Notes: a model not told the origin generated them from the sequence alone. Positions 46,192 through 55,549 are shown, counted from the first letter of the stretch. The stretch is 64,000 nt of DNA from Patescibacteria group bacterium (GCA_038063515.1 JBBTUY010000006.1:26505-90504); one strand, 5' to 3'. Made by a program: numbers and translations.

Positions 46192-46647
46192 ATCTACTGC
46201 TTCTCTCAGTTTACCTGAGGTAGATTTGCCGAATGATACGACTTCTACTTGTATGCCTATGGTTTGTAAATATTCTACGAGTGGTATGAAGTCTCCGTCA
46301 CCAGAGATGATGACTACAGAGTCTAGTCGTGAAGACATCTTGATGGCATCCACTGCAAGTCCGACGTCCCAGTCTGCTTTTTTGCTTCCACCAGCAAAGA
46401 TTTGTAAATCTTTTGTTTTTGTTTCTATGCCGAGCTTGCCTAATGCTTCAAAAAAGTTCTTCTCATCCCCTGCTTCTGTGGTGATGACGTATGCGACGGC
46501 GCGCACGAGCTTTCTGCCTGCCACGGCTTCTTTTAATACTGCACCAAAATTCACTCGTGCCTTGTATAAGTTGCGAGCACAGTGGTATAGATTTTGAGTA
46601 TCGATGAAAACACCAACTCTTTGTTCTTTATGTTTTATTACTGTCAT
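46135..46647 (-). CDS. NYN/LabA-like domain protein (predicted RNase)
   Basis: 170 aa. VGVFIDTQNLYH...DWDVGLAVDAI...IISGDGDFIPLV are the LabA/NYN conserved acidic residues. Confidence 0.8.
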   Translation of the reverse strand: MTVIKHKEQRVGVFIDTQNLYHCARNLYKARVNFGAVLKEAVAGRKLVRAVAYVITTEAGDEKNFFEALGKLGIETKTKDLQIFAGGSKKADWDVGLAVDAIKMSSRLDSVVIISGDGDFIPLVEYLQTIGIQVEVVSFGKSTSGKLREAVDDFVDLGENPRKYLIGTSR

Positions 46648-46685
46648 AGTTTGATTGTATCAATAAGGTATAAGTAAAGCAAAAA

Positions 46686-46807
46686 TAATAAGATTTCCGA
46701 AAACCGAAATTTTTGTCGGTACAGATTTTTTGAAGTTTAAAAAATCCTGAAACTCGCGGCTCGACAGCCGCGAGACCCCTTAAAAATTTGTTTCCGGAAA
46801 TCTTATT
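46686..46807 (-). repeat. Intergenic structured repeat (family S, copy 3, long form, inverted orientation)
   Basis: The reverse complement contains ttaaggggtctcgcggctgtcgagccgcgagtttcaggattttttaaacttcaaaaaatctgtaccgacaaaaatttcgg. The closing inverted repeat is aataagatttccgaaaac / gtttccggaaatcttatt. Confidence 0.8.
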
Positions 46808-46857
46808 ATTTTTGCCTAACGTAAAAACCATACTACATGTAGTATGGTTTTTCTAAG

Positions 46858-47121
46858 TTATGCTAAGTCCATTTTCTTCATGAGTGCGTTGTAGCGAGTC
46901 TTGTCCTTGCGTTCGAGGTACTTTAGGTGTGTACGTCTGTCCGCAACCATCTTTATAAGACCTCTACGAGAGTGATTATCCTTTTTATGTTTCTTTAAAT
47001 GTTTCGCAAGTTCGTCAATTGAAGTAGACAATACAGCTACCTGCACCTCTGGAGAGCCTGTATCCTTGTCATGTATCTGATTTTTCTTTATAACTGCCTG
47101 CTTTTTCTTTGTAGCTATCAT
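46858..47121 (-). CDS. rpsO: 30S ribosomal protein S15
   Basis: 87 aa with GSPEVQVAVLSTSIDELAKHLKKHKKDNHSRRGLIKMVADRR, the conserved S15 core. Confidence 0.9.
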   Translation of the reverse strand: MIATKKKQAVIKKNQIHDKDTGSPEVQVAVLSTSIDELAKHLKKHKKDNHSRRGLIKMVADRRTHLKYLERKDKTRYNALMKKMDLA

Positions 47122-47220
47122 ATGTACATAGTAGCATAAAAGTCTTTAAATTGCAAGTCCCTTACATAAGGTGTAGATATTTGATGACTCTATATACCGC
47201 ACACATGCTACAATGTATAT

Positions 47221-48138
47221 ATGGCTTCCCTAAAGCAACTCAAAACTCAGTTTCTAGAATACACAGAAATAGAAAAAGGGCGGGCTGCAAGGACTTTAGA
47301 AAATTACGATCATTATCTCAGTAGATTTTTAGCGTACATAAAGACTGACGATCCTAAAAATATAACTGATGAAAAAGTCCGTGAATTCCGTATCTGGTTA
47401 AATAGGCAATCAAATAATCACAAGAGCGACATAGAAACCCTTTCTAGGAAAACCCAAGGGTACCATTTGATAGCTATTCGTGCGTTTTTGAAATATCTAG
47501 TGAGGCAAGGAGTTGCTTCTATGGCCCCTGAGCGTATCGAGCTACCAAAGATTCCCGAACGTTCCCTCGACCTTATCACCAGAGAAGAGCTCCAAAGATT
47601 GCTCGATTCTCCGAGTACTACAGACCTGCAAGATCTGCGAGATAAGGCTATTTTAGAATTATTGTTTTCTACGGGTCTACGTGTCTCAGAATTGTGTTCA
47701 CTTACTGTTGATCTCAATCTCTCTTCTGATGAGCTCTCTATACGGGGTAAGGGTGGCAAGGTGCGTGTGGTCTTTTTGTCACCTGATGCGAAAAAACATA
47801 TAAGAGAATATCTTAAAGCTCGTAAAGACATGAGTGAAGCACTATTTGTGCAGCTTCCAGCTAAAGGAAAAGAAAATAAAAAAGAGGTAGAAGCTCTCAC
47901 GAAGAGATCAGTAGAACGTATGGTAAAACAGCGTGCAATACAGTCTGGTATTTCAAAAAAGGTTACCCCGCACGTGATACGTCACTGCTTCGCGACAGAT
48001 TTGCTAAGTAACGGTGCAGACCTCCGCTCTGTTCAGGCTATGCTTGGACATGCGAGCATATCTACCACTCAGATATATACACACGTGACTGATAAACATT
48101 TGCGTGACGTACACAAAAAGTTTCACAATAGTAAATAA
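47221..48138 (+). CDS. Tyrosine recombinase, XerC/XerD family
   Basis: 305 aa. The C-terminal catalytic domain has R..HVIRHCFATDLLSNGADLRSVQAMLGHASISTTQIYTHV (R-H-R-Y tetrad with the terminal Tyr). The N-terminal core-binding domain is present. Confidence 0.85.
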   Translation: MASLKQLKTQFLEYTEIEKGRAARTLENYDHYLSRFLAYIKTDDPKNITDEKVREFRIWLNRQSNNHKSDIETLSRKTQGYHLIAIRAFLKYLVRQGVASMAPERIELPKIPERSLDLITREELQRLLDSPSTTDLQDLRDKAILELLFSTGLRVSELCSLTVDLNLSSDELSIRGKGGKVRVVFLSPDAKKHIREYLKARKDMSEALFVQLPAKGKENKKEVEALTKRSVERMVKQRAIQSGISKKVTPHVIRHCFATDLLSNGADLRSVQAMLGHASISTTQIYTHVTDKHLRDVHKKFHNSK

Positions 48139-48140
48139 AA

Positions 48141-48265
48141 AAAATAAGATTTACAAAAACCGAAATTTTTGTCGGTACAGATTTTTTGAAGCTTAAAAAA
48201 TCCTGAAACTCGCGGCTCGACAGCCGCGAGACCCCTTAAAAATTTGTTTTTGTAAATCTTATTTT
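48141..48265 (-). repeat. Intergenic structured repeat (family S, copy 4, long form, inverted orientation), directly downstream of the recombinase gene
   Basis: Same core as copy 3 (about 95% identical). The closing inverted repeat aaaataagatttacaaaaac / gtttttgtaaatcttatttt differs from copy 3 but still pairs. Confidence 0.8.
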
Positions 48266-48315
48266 AATGCGAGCTTTGTTTACAAAAAGTTTTTGACTGT
48301 GATATATTTATCTAT

Positions 48316-48969
48316 ATGGATTACCAAGAACATAAAGACTACTTTAAAATGTCGTACCAAAATGGTGCAGACATTTGGACACACTTACCAAACAAGGTTA
48401 AAAGCATGAAGGACCTAGTGACACACATAGACTACGGCGCATCTATTTTAGACTTGGGCTCTGGTCGCGGACTTGTGGCAAAACACTTAGCTGAGATGGG
48501 TTTTAAGGTTACAGGTATTGATTTCGATAAAGATATAGTAGCTAAAACAAGTGAGGAGATAGAAAACTGGGGTCTCAAGGATAATTTAAAATTTCTCGAA
48601 GCTGACGTTTTCCACTTACCTTTCCCGGATGCAAGCTTTGATGCAGTTTGTGATATAGGACTATTACAAAATTTATATAAAGAAGATTGGGACAAGTATA
48701 TTATAGAAATAAATCGTGTTTTAAAACCAGGTGGCTTTTATGTAAATTTAACAGTATCAAGAAAAACAAAGACTTTCCTTGGATTCTCCCCTATCAATTC
48801 TTCTGATGGAGAGTACGACAATCTCGGGCTTCACTACCATTTCTTTGACACAGAAGAGCTTGAGAAGATATTTGGAGGTAATATGAAATTAATTAGTGAT
48901 CACACAGACTACATAGAGGAGCCTACAGAGCTCATGATGCTCCAGACTTTTTGGCAGAAAAATACCTAG
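48316..48969 (+). CDS. Class I SAM-dependent methyltransferase
   Basis: 217 aa with motif I ILDLGSGRGLVAKHLAEMG and the post-I acidic residue in GIDFDKDIV. Confidence 0.7.
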   Translation: MDYQEHKDYFKMSYQNGADIWTHLPNKVKSMKDLVTHIDYGASILDLGSGRGLVAKHLAEMGFKVTGIDFDKDIVAKTSEEIENWGLKDNLKFLEADVFHLPFPDASFDAVCDIGLLQNLYKEDWDKYIIEINRVLKPGGFYVNLTVSRKTKTFLGFSPINSSDGEYDNLGLHYHFFDTEELEKIFGGNMKLISDHTDYIEEPTELMMLQTFWQKNT

Positions 48970-48979
48970 TATTTATTTA

Positions 48980-49747
48980 ATGAAAATCATAAGTTGGAAT
49001 ACAAATGGCTTGCGTGCTACTGCGAAACAAGGATTCTTCATGCCTTTATTTGAAGATTTAAAGGTAGACATCTTGTGTCTCCAAGAGACTAAGGTAGAGC
49101 CAGATCAGCTGTCAGATAGTGTGCGAAATATACCAGGATACTATTCATATTTCTCTCATCCTAAAGTTAAAAAGGGCTACAGTGGAGTCGCTATCTATTC
49201 TAAGGAAAAACCAAAAGAAGTTTTCTATGGTATGGGAGTAAAAAAGCTAGATGATGAAGGCAGGCTCATCGGTGCCAAGTTTAAAAATTTCACCATTATA
49301 AATGGATATTTCCCAAACGGAGGTCAGGGGCCGGAGAGACTCAAATACAAGTTAGAATTTTACGAAGCGTTTTTAAAATTCATTTTAAAGCTTCGCAAAA
49401 ATGGTGAGAACGTCATCTTTTGTGGAGATGTAAACACAGCCCACGAAGCCATAGACCTCGCTCGTCCCAAGACCAATGAAGAAAATACAGGCTTTTTGCC
49501 CATAGAGCGTGCATGGATTACGAAAGTTGTTAAAAATGATTTTGTAGATATATGGAGAAATTTAAATAAAGACGCGAAAGACATGTATACCTACTGGGAT
49601 CAGAAGACTAGAGCTCGAGACAGAAATGTCGGCTGGCGTATAGATTACTTTTTTGTTGATAAAAAGATAATAAATAAAATTAAATCTACTGGCATGATAT
49701 CGAGCTACTTAGGTTCAGACCATTGCCCGATTTATTTAGAAATGTAA
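48980..49747 (+). CDS. xth: Exodeoxyribonuclease III (AP endonuclease, Xth family)
   Basis: 255 aa with MKIISWNTNGLRA, LCLQETK, GDVNTAHEAIDL and the C-terminal SDHCPIYLE, the canonical ExoIII motifs. Confidence 0.9.
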   Translation: MKIISWNTNGLRATAKQGFFMPLFEDLKVDILCLQETKVEPDQLSDSVRNIPGYYSYFSHPKVKKGYSGVAIYSKEKPKEVFYGMGVKKLDDEGRLIGAKFKNFTIINGYFPNGGQGPERLKYKLEFYEAFLKFILKLRKNGENVIFCGDVNTAHEAIDLARPKTNEENTGFLPIERAWITKVVKNDFVDIWRNLNKDAKDMYTYWDQKTRARDRNVGWRIDYFFVDKKIINKIKSTGMISSYLGSDHCPIYLEM

Positions 49748-49757
49748 TAATGTTTTC

Positions 49758-50423
49758 ATGAGCCACACAAGATTAGAACAGCTTTCAGACGGTATTTTTG
49801 CCATCGTTATGACAGTCCTCGTTTTTCAGATCGAGCTACCTACTACCATCTGGGATCCTATAAGCAACAGACAGCTCTGGTCTGAGATCACAAATCTCTT
49901 ACCCCTTCTCTTAAGCTATATCCTTAGTTTCTCTCTTCTTTTTACGTACTGGCGAGCGCATCATTTCTTTATCTCGATCTATGCTAAAAACATAGACTCA
50001 CTCCTTACAAATATAAACGCACTTTTTTTCATGCTTCTCAGCCTTATACCATTCTCTGCGAGCATCTTAGGACAGTTTAGTAGTAACGAGCTTGCAATAG
50101 TGATCTTCGGAGTACACATCATACTCATCGGTCTTTGTCTCTACTGGATGAGGACATACGTACTGTACTCTGACCACATCAAAAATCCTGAGATAAGTAA
50201 AAAGGAAATCCGTGGCAGTACTATCCGCACCCTCATCCCTGTCACCTTTTCTCTCATCGCTATATTCCTCGCATTTATAAGTATAAAGCTCTCACTCACA
50301 CTATTTACTCTCGCTGTGATATTCAACCTTTCTTCTTACAGTACTGTTATATTTGAAAAAATTACAAAAACCATACACCACCTCTTATTTGGTGCTGATA
50401 CTAAAGGACATTTTGTTGATTAG
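49758..50423 (+). CDS. DUF1211/TMEM175-like membrane protein (putative K+ channel family)
   Basis: 221 aa with RLEQLSDGIFAIVMTVLVFQI (the family RxxxFSDGVFAIAITLLVLEI signature) and 5-6 TM helices. Confidence 0.6.
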   Translation: MSHTRLEQLSDGIFAIVMTVLVFQIELPTTIWDPISNRQLWSEITNLLPLLLSYILSFSLLFTYWRAHHFFISIYAKNIDSLLTNINALFFMLLSLIPFSASILGQFSSNELAIVIFGVHIILIGLCLYWMRTYVLYSDHIKNPEISKKEIRGSTIRTLIPVTFSLIAIFLAFISIKLSLTLFTLAVIFNLSSYSTVIFEKITKTIHHLLFGADTKGHFVD

Positions 50424-51207
50424 CTTTCTTTAATTCCGCATCACATCTCTTCGCCTCTGCCCAGGCAAGCTCAAAAATCTTTTTCATCGCATCTGCTATT
50501 TCATCACTTTCTATAGTAATACCAAGCTCTTCCTTCCATGACGCTATCATAATTTTATTATCATAAATATTTATTTCCGGAGAGAAAAGAAATTTGTCAT
50601 GTGGGACCATCGCTGTCTCTCGTAGCTGTTCTTTATCATGTTTACTTAATTCTACCCCGTCCTCCGTATACGGAAATATTGCTCGTATTTTTATACCTTT
50701 CTCTGCACGGCGATAAAAGTATTCTGGAAAATATCCAGGTAATGTTTCTTGCATGTTGTCATATGTAGCACAAGCTCGTATTTCTCCATGTGAGGAAAGT
50801 GTATCCTCATACACTTTTTTCAATCCCTCCTTTCCTTCGTAAAACATTATCTTCGGTCTGTTTTTTATATTATGTATCGATTTTAGTTGTGGCACGAGAG
50901 AATCCTGAACCTTTTTTAAGTCATTTTTCTTTTTCTCAAATTCCTTTTCTATATATGTATTGAGCTCGTCCGGTGAAAGTGCGACGTATTCTTGTTTCGG
51001 TTCTTTTCCCGAGAGTGTAACTAATCCTTTATCAAACAAAGAACTTAGTATGTCATATACGGTAGTTCTTGCTATGTGTGCACTACGGGCAATTTTCGAA
51101 GCTGTGCCTCTGCCAAGTGTAAGTATTGCAATGTATACTTCCGCTTCTTTATTGGAAAAGCCTATTTCTAAGAGAGGATTTTTAAGTTCATTTCTATCTT
51201 GAGACAT
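50401..51207 (-). CDS. TrmB-family transcriptional regulator
   Basis: 268 aa. The N-terminal winged HTH is LEIGFSNKEAEVYIAILTLGRGTASKIARSAHIARTTVYDILSSLFDKGLV. Confidence 0.7.
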   Translation of the reverse strand: MSQDRNELKNPLLEIGFSNKEAEVYIAILTLGRGTASKIARSAHIARTTVYDILSSLFDKGLVTLSGKEPKQEYVALSPDELNTYIEKEFEKKKNDLKKVQDSLVPQLKSIHNIKNRPKIMFYEGKEGLKKVYEDTLSSHGEIRACATYDNMQETLPGYFPEYFYRRAEKGIKIRAIFPYTEDGVELSKHDKEQLRETAMVPHDKFLFSPEINIYDNKIMIASWKEELGITIESDEIADAMKKIFELAWAEAKRCDAELKKANQQNVL

Positions 51208-51371
51208 ATGTATATTATAGTTATAAAATAAATTGTGTCAATCTTTTTCGACAAAATTAACCTTATTTTAATAAATCCTTTACTAAATATGAATATAATA
51301 CTTATTTTATTGACGAAATCTATTGACATTATCTATTTTTGTGACATAATCTTGCATAGAAAGGAGGAATT

Positions 51372-51503
51372 ATGAAAGAAGATTTGCAACCTAGCATTCT
51401 TCTAAGAGAATTACCGGTATTGCCGGTAATTCTCTGGACAAGAGCTCAGGAAAGCATCGCTTCCCTGTGGCTTGACCTAGCTCTCCCTAAGAAAGAGAGT
51501 TAG
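51372..51503 (+). CDS. Candidate small ORF (43 aa) with a canonical SD, upstream of the Cys-rich protein gene
   Basis: aggagg lies 5 nt upstream of the ATG. The peptide is MKEDLQPSILLRELPVLPVILWTRAQESIASLWLDLALPKKES. It contains a perfect 10-bp palindrome gaattaccgg-tat-tgccggtaattc (51407-51431) and is followed by the hairpin gggggcagcaatgccccc plus a T-run. It could instead be a non-coding operator/leader. Confidence 0.3.
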   Translation: MKEDLQPSILLRELPVLPVILWTRAQESIASLWLDLALPKKES

Positions 51504-51595
51504 GTAAACCGGGGGCAGCAATGCCCCCTAAAATTTTAGGAAGGATAATAAAATTTAAAAATAATTTCGTGATATTATTAATTTAATAAAAAACT

Positions 51596-53368
51596 ATGCA
51601 AAAAAATTGTAATTTTTGTAAAAAAGATTTTGAAATACCAAAACAAGAACTTTCTTTTTATGAAAAGATAAATGTTCCCCTCCCCCAATTCTGCTCTGAC
51701 TGTCGACTTCAAAACAGAATGGTTTTTCGCAATGAACGAACTCTCTATAAAAGAAAATCAGATGCGCCAAACTCTACGGGAGAAATTTTCTCAATATTTT
51801 CACCAGACTCAGATCAAACAGTTTATGATCACAAGACATGGTGGGGAGATTCTTGGGATGCAATGAGCTACGGTGAGGAAATAGATTTTACTAAATCATT
51901 TTTTGAACAATTAAAAAGTTTATGGAGAAAAGTTCCTGATGTCGCACTTCTCAATATCAATCCTGTTAACAGTGATTACTGTAGTATAACTGAAGGGAAT
52001 AAAAATTGTTATTTAGTTGTAGGCGGAGACTTCAATGAAAATGTAATGTATTCAAGTTTTACATTTAATACTCGTGATAGTGTAGACCTACATTGGGTGT
52101 CTAAAAGTGATCTTTGTTATGAGAGTACTGACTGCACTTCTTGTTCAAAAGTTTTATATAGCAGACAATCAGAGTCATGTCTCGACTCTGCATTTTTATT
52201 TAATTGTAAAAATTCTAGTAATTGTTTTGGTTGTGTAAATTTACGCAATGCGCAGTACTGTTTTTTCAATGAACAGTTAGATAAGGAGACGTATGAAGCA
52301 AAAATGAAAAGTATCGACCTAACTTCTTTTTCTCAAGTAGAAGAATATAAGAAAAAATTTGAAGATTTTATTTTAAAATACCCACATAAATTTGCTCGTA
52401 TCATTAGATCAGTAAACTCTACTGGAGACAACCTAGAAGGAACAAAGAATTGTATAAATAGCTTTGACGTATTTGGTGGAGCAAAGGATTGTGGCAACAT
52501 TTGGCTTGCTTATTCTGAGGTGGGTGATTGTTATGACTGTGATCATTTTGGTAAAAATTCACAAGACTCTTATCAGACCTCTACTGTGTATCCTGGAAAT
52601 AAAGTTTTATTTTCAAGATTTATTTTTGAGTCTCATGATATTTCATACTCATACAACTGCCATAATTCTTCCAATCTTTTTGGTTGCGTAGGACTTCGTA
52701 ATAAAAATTATTGTATTTTCAACAAACAATATTCCAAAGAAGAATATATGGAGCTTGTAGAAAAATTAAAAGAGCATATGAATACCATGCCGTATGTAGA
52801 TAAGACAGGCGTACTATATGCATATGGTGACTTCTTCCCATCAGATCTTTCACCTTTTGGTTATAATGAAACAGTTGCACACGAGCTCTTCCCTCTTACG
52901 AAAGAAGAAGCAGAAAACAAAGGTTTTTCTTGGAGAGAAAAGCCTGTTCGTACCTACACTATAGACATACATTCGAAGGACTTATCAGATACATACGAGG
53001 GCGTGGATGAAAACATTCTCGAGAAAGTAATAGGTTGTATGCATGATGAGAATTGCGTACATCAATGTACAAAAGCTTTTCGATTTACTCAGAATGAATT
53101 TGATTTTTATAAAAAAATGAAAGTTCCTCTTCCTCGACTTTGCTATAACTGTAGATATCACGAAAGAATATTTAAAAGAAATCCAGTAAAATTATGGACA
53201 AGAATATGTGAATGTAGCGGAGAAAATTCTTCTAATGGAGTTTACAAAAATACTCGTAAACATGATCACGCAAGTGCACCATGTACTAATGAATTTGAAA
53301 CTCCCTATCCACCTACTAGTAAGGAGATAATATACTGCGAGAAGTGTTATCAGCAAGAAGTTTATTAG
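51596..53368 (+). CDS. Cysteine-rich repeat protein of unknown function (590 aa) with zinc-ribbon-like termini
   Basis: N- and C-terminal CxxC...CxxC pairs lie in similar contexts (FYEKINVPLPQFCSDCRLQNRMVFRNE / FYKKMKVPLPRLCYNCRYHERIFKRNP). The internal repeats are NCKNSSNCFGCVNLRNAQYCFFN / NCHNSSNLFGCVGLRNKNYCIFN. No family is recognised. Confidence 0.6.
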   Translation: MQKNCNFCKKDFEIPKQELSFYEKINVPLPQFCSDCRLQNRMVFRNERTLYKRKSDAPNSTGEIFSIFSPDSDQTVYDHKTWWGDSWDAMSYGEEIDFTKSFFEQLKSLWRKVPDVALLNINPVNSDYCSITEGNKNCYLVVGGDFNENVMYSSFTFNTRDSVDLHWVSKSDLCYESTDCTSCSKVLYSRQSESCLDSAFLFNCKNSSNCFGCVNLRNAQYCFFNEQLDKETYEAKMKSIDLTSFSQVEEYKKKFEDFILKYPHKFARIIRSVNSTGDNLEGTKNCINSFDVFGGAKDCGNIWLAYSEVGDCYDCDHFGKNSQDSYQTSTVYPGNKVLFSRFIFESHDISYSYNCHNSSNLFGCVGLRNKNYCIFNKQYSKEEYMELVEKLKEHMNTMPYVDKTGVLYAYGDFFPSDLSPFGYNETVAHELFPLTKEEAENKGFSWREKPVRTYTIDIHSKDLSDTYEGVDENILEKVIGCMHDENCVHQCTKAFRFTQNEFDFYKKMKVPLPRLCYNCRYHERIFKRNPVKLWTRICECSGENSSNGVYKNTRKHDHASAPCTNEFETPYPPTSKEIIYCEKCYQQEVY

Positions 53369-55021
53369 TTATTTCCTCACCCCATGCTTTTGGTGAAGTT
53401 TTGCTACTTCTTTTTCTTCGAGCTCTTCTTTTTTCTCTTTAGCACTATCTCCTAAGGCTTTTAATTCTTTGTCATTTAATTTATTCAGAGATAAGGTAAT
53501 TTCACTCAAATTCTCCACTGTGTTTTTAGTAGGATCATCGAGAACTTCTTCGAGGAGTGCATTTAAGATCCAGCCCATTCTTGGTCCTGGATTTATTTGT
53601 AATTCTTTCATCAGATACTCTCCATTTATTTTTAACTGTCCGACAGAGATCGGATCTCGGAGCGCCTCCTCTATCATGGCATGATATTTTCTTAGTCTGT
53701 ATGAAGTCTCTTTTTTATTTGTTCCTACTCTGTCGCATTCGCGGAGATTCATTAGGAGCCAGATATTTTCTTTACCAATTTTTGCAATTATCCTTCTCAC
53801 GGCAGAGAGTGTGATCTGCTCTGTGTCAGAGAAAAACATATGGTTTCGTACTAGCTTTTCTACGAGCTCAATTTCCTTTCGAGGGAATTTCAATCTCTCC
53901 ATAATCTTTTTTGTCATGCGTGCACTTACGACTTCATGTCCATAAAAAGTGTATTGCTTCTTCCCTACTCTACTCTCTTCTCTCCTGCTTCGTGGCTTGC
54001 CTATGTCATGGAAAAGCGCAGCGAGCCTCACTTCTTTTTGCCATTTCTTGTCTACTGCATGCTGGAGTCCATAGAGTAAATGATTCCATACATCATACAC
54101 ATGCTCGCCTGACTGCATACATCCTATTCCCTCTTCGAGTTCAGGAATAATATTTTTTAATAAATTAAATTTTTGTAGCAATACTATCCCCGCACTCGCA
54201 TTGTCTGACATTATTATCTTCACGAACTCTTCACGTATCCTTTCGGGGGATATTTTTTTTATTGAATCTGCATTTTTTAAAATACTTTCTGTCGTGTCAG
54301 ATGATATTGAGAAATCTAATTGTGTGGAAAAACGCACAGCACGTAAAATGCGAAGTGCATCTTCACTGAAACGTTCATCAGCATCCCCCACTGTCCGTAA
54401 GGTTTTATTATCTATGTCTTTTATGCCATCAAACATGTCTGTTATATGTCCTTTAATATAGGACATAGCATTTATGGTGAAATCACGTCTCTTAAGGTCT
54501 TCTTCTAGTGTTTCTGCGAACTTTATATTGTCTGGATGTCTAGAATCAGTATAATCTGTCTCTGTTCTGTATGGAGTGACTTCTACTATAAGGTACTTAT
54601 CTCTATTTAAAGGGTTATTTTCCTCTAATGTTACATGTGAAACACTCTCAGAGGACGTTTCATGTGTAACGTCATCTGTCTGTTTATCAGCTTCGCTTAG
54701 TAGTGTTACATGTGAAACAATCGGTATACCCTCTTTTGCTGAACCTTCGACAGGTATACCCTTCTCCGCTGAAGCTACTAAGGGCACGCACACAGCTACT
54801 GTGCCAAAGGTATTCTCATATACTGTCTTTTCAAACAGTCTGACGATCTCTTCAGGCTTAGCATTAGTAGTGATATCCCAGTCATTAGGTTCCCTGCTCA
54901 TAAGTAGATCACGCACACATCCACCGACTAAATACGCTTCAAAACCACCTTTTTCAAGTGTTTGTGTTACATGTGAAACCTCTTTTGGGATTTTATGGTC
55001 TAAATTCTTTAGAATATCCAT
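53369..55021 (-). CDS. cca: CCA-adding enzyme / poly(A) polymerase family nucleotidyltransferase with an HD domain and a repeat-containing insertion
   Basis: 550 aa. The head domain has GFEAYLVGGCVRDLLM and DWDITT. The HD domain has LFHDIGKP. A roughly 60-aa low-complexity insertion (EKGIPVEGSAKEGIPIVSHVTLL..VSHVTLEEN) carries repeats of the DNA motif GTGTTACATGTGAAAC. Confidence 0.8.
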   Translation of the reverse strand: MDILKNLDHKIPKEVSHVTQTLEKGGFEAYLVGGCVRDLLMSREPNDWDITTNAKPEEIVRLFEKTVYENTFGTVAVCVPLVASAEKGIPVEGSAKEGIPIVSHVTLLSEADKQTDDVTHETSSESVSHVTLEENNPLNRDKYLIVEVTPYRTETDYTDSRHPDNIKFAETLEEDLKRRDFTINAMSYIKGHITDMFDGIKDIDNKTLRTVGDADERFSEDALRILRAVRFSTQLDFSISSDTTESILKNADSIKKISPERIREEFVKIIMSDNASAGIVLLQKFNLLKNIIPELEEGIGCMQSGEHVYDVWNHLLYGLQHAVDKKWQKEVRLAALFHDIGKPRSRREESRVGKKQYTFYGHEVVSARMTKKIMERLKFPRKEIELVEKLVRNHMFFSDTEQITLSAVRRIIAKIGKENIWLLMNLRECDRVGTNKKETSYRLRKYHAMIEEALRDPISVGQLKINGEYLMKELQINPGPRMGWILNALLEEVLDDPTKNTVENLSEITLSLNKLNDKELKALGDSAKEKKEELEEKEVAKLHQKHGVRK

Positions 55022-55028
55022 TTTTATG

Positions 55029-55100
55029 TGCCCCTGGAGAGAATCGAACTCCCATCCTTAGTTCCGAAGACTAATGCTCTATCCATTGAGCTACAAGGGC
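55029..55100 (-). tRNA. tRNA-Arg (anticodon TCG)
   Basis: Reverse complement is gcccttgtagctcaatggatagagcattagtcttcggaactaaggatgggagttcgattctctccaggggca. It folds as a cloverleaf with anticodon loop CTTCGGA and T-arm GGGAGTTCGATTCTCTC. Confidence 0.8.
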
Positions 55101-55248
55101 AAACCTAATTTATAATAATAGAATTATACACTTTTATATAAAATTTACAATCTGTGCTTATTTTACAAGCTTATTACGTGATTGCTTTAAGATAAATAAA
55201 ATATTATAATCTATGTGTTAATTTTTGTTTAGGTTTTGATTAATACAT

Positions 55249-55319
55249 GCGGCCATAGTTTAGTGGTAAAACGGGTCCTTGCCAAGGATCAGATTGGAGT
55301 CCGATTCTCCATGGCCGCA
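55249..55319 (+). tRNA. tRNA-Gly (anticodon GCC)
   Basis: gcggccatagtttagtggtaaaacgggtccttgccaaggatcagattggagtccgattctccatggccgca has a 7-bp acceptor stem, anticodon loop TTGCCAA and T-arm TGGAG-TCCGATT-CTCCA. Confidence 0.85.
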
Positions 55320-55501
55320 CAGAATATATAATTGTCCTTTAATCAGGTCTTGTTAAATAAGGATTTTGTGGATAAATGTGTATAACTCTGTTGATAATGT
55401 TTATAAAGGACAGGTCTTAAAGGTGTCTTTGAAGTCCATTTTTACCCAAATAGCTTGTTAAATAAGGATATTTTAGTAAAAGACAGGATTTTAGACAAAG
55501 T

Positions 55502-55531
55502 GTTTCACGTGAAACGTGTTACATGTGAAAC
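55502..55531. promoter_or_regulatory. Tandem palindromic motif pair upstream of the YraN-family gene
   Basis: gtttcacgtgaaac (a perfect 14-bp palindrome) is immediately followed by gtgttacatgtgaaac. The second 16-mer also occurs at 54703-54718 and 54964-54979 inside cca, with variants at 54629-54643 and 54657-54670. Confidence 0.45.
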
Positions 55532-55549
55532 TAGATTAAAAATATTACT

